Shown in pieces: positions 61,554 to 64,000 of a stretch of DNA of 64,000 nucleotides. A program made the translations under genes and the position numbers. The notes below the pieces were generated by a model. That model was not told the origin of the DNA and made no database searches. It saw only the letters and a program-made list of their open reading frames with translations. Positions within the stretch are counted from its first letter, which is position 1. Each line of letters starts with the position of its first letter. The DNA is from Takakia lepidozioides (Eukaryota; Plantae; Bryophyta), in NCBI GenBank assembly GCA_030704615.1, contig CM060732.1, positions 12,214,001-12,278,000 of the forward strand. The letters run 5' to 3'.

Positions 61554-64000
61554 CTATCCCAAGCAATGTGGACATAACCAATCTCCATCAGGAACCCTCT
61601 CAAGAGGTGGTGTCAAGCATCCCATATGCCAACCTCTTGAGCATCGATCACACACCAGCATGGTGGTTGCCCCTTTGGCAGACCCACAGAGCATGCACCT
61701 CAAACCTGCAGGTACCACTGCCAAGTTTGGGTCGACTCTGCCATCGACATCGGGAATGTGACATGGCGCACAATTACGCACATGGTCTTTCCAAGTCATG
61801 CCATCCCGACCCTCCAAGATCAGGACTCTTGAGGGCAACACCTCTCGAACCCTCAAAATAACACGCCCTGTAGTGACATCCAGGGTCGTAGGAGCAGTCT
61901 GCTGCAAATAAACATAGTCACCCGGGCTAAACCGCCGAACCCCAGGACGATATCCTCCACCACGTATAGTGGCATACTCGTATTAACAAAAACCAGATGA
62001 TAAGTGAACGCCTCATTAGACAATCGAACGAATTTTGATTGATCTCGTATTACGTATCACGGTGTTGTGCAATGGCAAGATTCTCAAAAGCCATGGGCAT
62101 GACTTTCTTGAACAACTCTGCACGCTGATCACATGCACGTACCCACACGTCCGGATCATCAAGGTTAAGGACTTGAGCAGTGTCCCTACGAATGGCTGCA
62201 CGTAAATCCGGCTCTCGGCCAAAGAGAAGGAAATATGGTGAGAAGGAGGCAAGTGATGCTTGTTTGCTGAACCTGTAGCCCATGGCTAACCAAGGCACTT
62301 GAAGATCCCAATCTCCTAGGTGTCCCTTCTGCAAGCCATACTTGCGCAAACCCCTCTTCACCATCTGAACAACTCGCTCTGCCAAGCCATCGGCCTCAGG
62401 ATGATCCCGAGAAGTGGTGTAGTGGTCTATCAAGGCTTTATCACACAAAGCCTGAAACTCCCCCAAGAACTCTCTCCCTTGGTCCGTGAGTACCTCAGCT
62501 GGAGCACCAAATTGGCTAAGCACACGATCCAAGAATGCATACGCAGCCCCCTCACTAGCCTTGTCAGGCAATGGAACCAACTCAATCCACTTGGAGAAGT
62601 GCTCCACCATCACCAACACATATCTGTGGTGGCGCATAGTCAGTGGCAACGGTCCTGCGAAGTCAAGACTCCACCTGTAGCCCAATCCCATGATTGGTAA
62701 AGGATGCAACTGTGGTGTAGGGGCGTTGAATGAAGCACGCACCCTGTCACACACCATGCACCTAGCCACGAATTGTTGCACCTCTGTATGCATACCATGC
62801 CACCAATACTGCCCCTGCAGTAAACCCCTTGACAAACCATCTATAATAGTTTGCTAACCCCATGAAAGCTCAAACTCGGCTCACATCCGTGGGGCGTGGA
62901 ATTTGTGCAATGGCCTCTACCTTAGTCTGCTGTACCCCCAATCCTCCAGGATATATCATGTGACCCAGATACTCAATCTGGTTGTGGAAAAACTTGCACT
63001 TCCCCGGATGCAACTTCAATCCGCGCGCTCTCAAGCGCTCCAATACCACCTGAAGGTGTCTCTCATGCTCCTCCATCGTAGCACTAAAGATGATGATGTC
63101 ATCTATGTAGCACCGAACAAAGTCCATCCCTGCTAGAATCCTATCCATGACTCTCTGAAACTTTGCAGGAGCATTCTTAAGCCCAGATGGTAAGAACCGC
63201 CACTGATATAGGCAATCCTTGCCGTGCTCATTGATCCCCCAGAATGTTGTCTTCTGCTTGTTCGCCTCCTTGATCGGCAACTGGTGATATGCGGATCGTA
63301 AATCCAAAGTGCTAAAGACCTTAGCATGCCCGATGGCATCAAAGATCTCCTCTGGTGTTGACATGGCATACTTATCGGACTTGGTCTGACGATTTACAGG
63401 CTGGTAATCACCGCACATACGTCTCTCCGTCCAATTGCCATAGACATCCTTCTTGGCTGGCATCACTGTGGCTGAAGCATACTCTCCACCAAACCAGCCT
63501 CCCAAAGATCTTGAGTCCTCATCTGAATCAAAGACCTCTCCATGTCACTGTATCTATAGGGTCTCCGAAAGATTGGCGTGTCAGTGGCCAACTCAATACG
63601 AATCTCTTGACCCTTCAGTGCTCCCAAGTCCTTCAAATTGAAGGCAAAGCAATTCCTGTAAGCCCTCAGGAACCGCCATATACGTCGTCTCTCTCCTCCG
63701 GTGACAATGGGTCCAATGTCAGACTCCCAATTGTCCTCCGTAACTGCAACCTTAAGTCCAGTGGACTTAGAGGTAGAGGACGCGTCCAATGGTTGCTATG
63801 TTGCAACCTCTTGAGCAGTACTCCATGCCCGCTCAGTCAATGACAAGGCCTCATCCTGCCCCATCATCTCATCCTCGAGGACCTCCTCAACCCGAGAAAA
63901 ATCCCCTGCAATCTCATCCATCACCGCCGCCCTGGCTGTCAACTCCCTCTGAACCTCGAGCACCTCCCACGTGTGCCATGGATGCCTGCACCCCGTGGTC
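61554..64000 (-). mobile_element. Ty3/gypsy pol pseudogene: RT, integrase and C-terminal PHD finger; RNase H deleted; runs off the window
   Basis: RMCGDY, LDLRSAYHQ, GLKNAP, YIDD (RT). YWWHGM..C..C, WSLDFAGPL, VLTDQGREF, ADGLAER (IN). CMLC...VCDRCSRGWHMGCL.PPL..VPDGDWLCPHC (C4HC3 PHD). Confidence 0.93.

Overview
Eukaryotic land-plant DNA, most likely a moss or other bryophyte (inferred from spliceosomal introns, PLS-type PPR fragments and the gene families present). About 75% of the window is nested transposon DNA. There is one intact host gene, a 13-exon SEUSS/SLK (LIM-binding domain) gene on the minus strand (43852-52566). From the left: (1) a complete 14.4-kb CACTA element (41-14481) sits in the middle of a hAT transposase; its TnpA-like and TnpD-like genes are divergent, it contains an FCP1/NIF phosphatase-like domain, and it carries captured RPS3a and PPR fragments; (2) the rest of the hAT element follows, with an accessory ORF and a ~1-kb higher-order repeat; (3) inside that repeat lie two related Mutator-like elements (WRKY/GCM-type Zn finger, MULE DDE, SWIM), each with a divergently oriented spliced cargo gene. 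One cargo gene encodes a beta-class amino (N4C/N6A) DNA methyltransferase-like domain and the other a ParB/Srx-like domain, with phased palindrome arrays beside them. This MULE plus ParB/MTase module is the strongest candidate for an undescribed system. To the right of SEUSS are tRNA-like SINE heads, a hAT MITE, a Crypton-like remnant, a third MULE/SWIM remnant and a Ty3/gypsy element with a PHD finger after the integrase. All TE genes carry stops or frameshifts. All domain calls are by-eye motif recognition; no database search was run.
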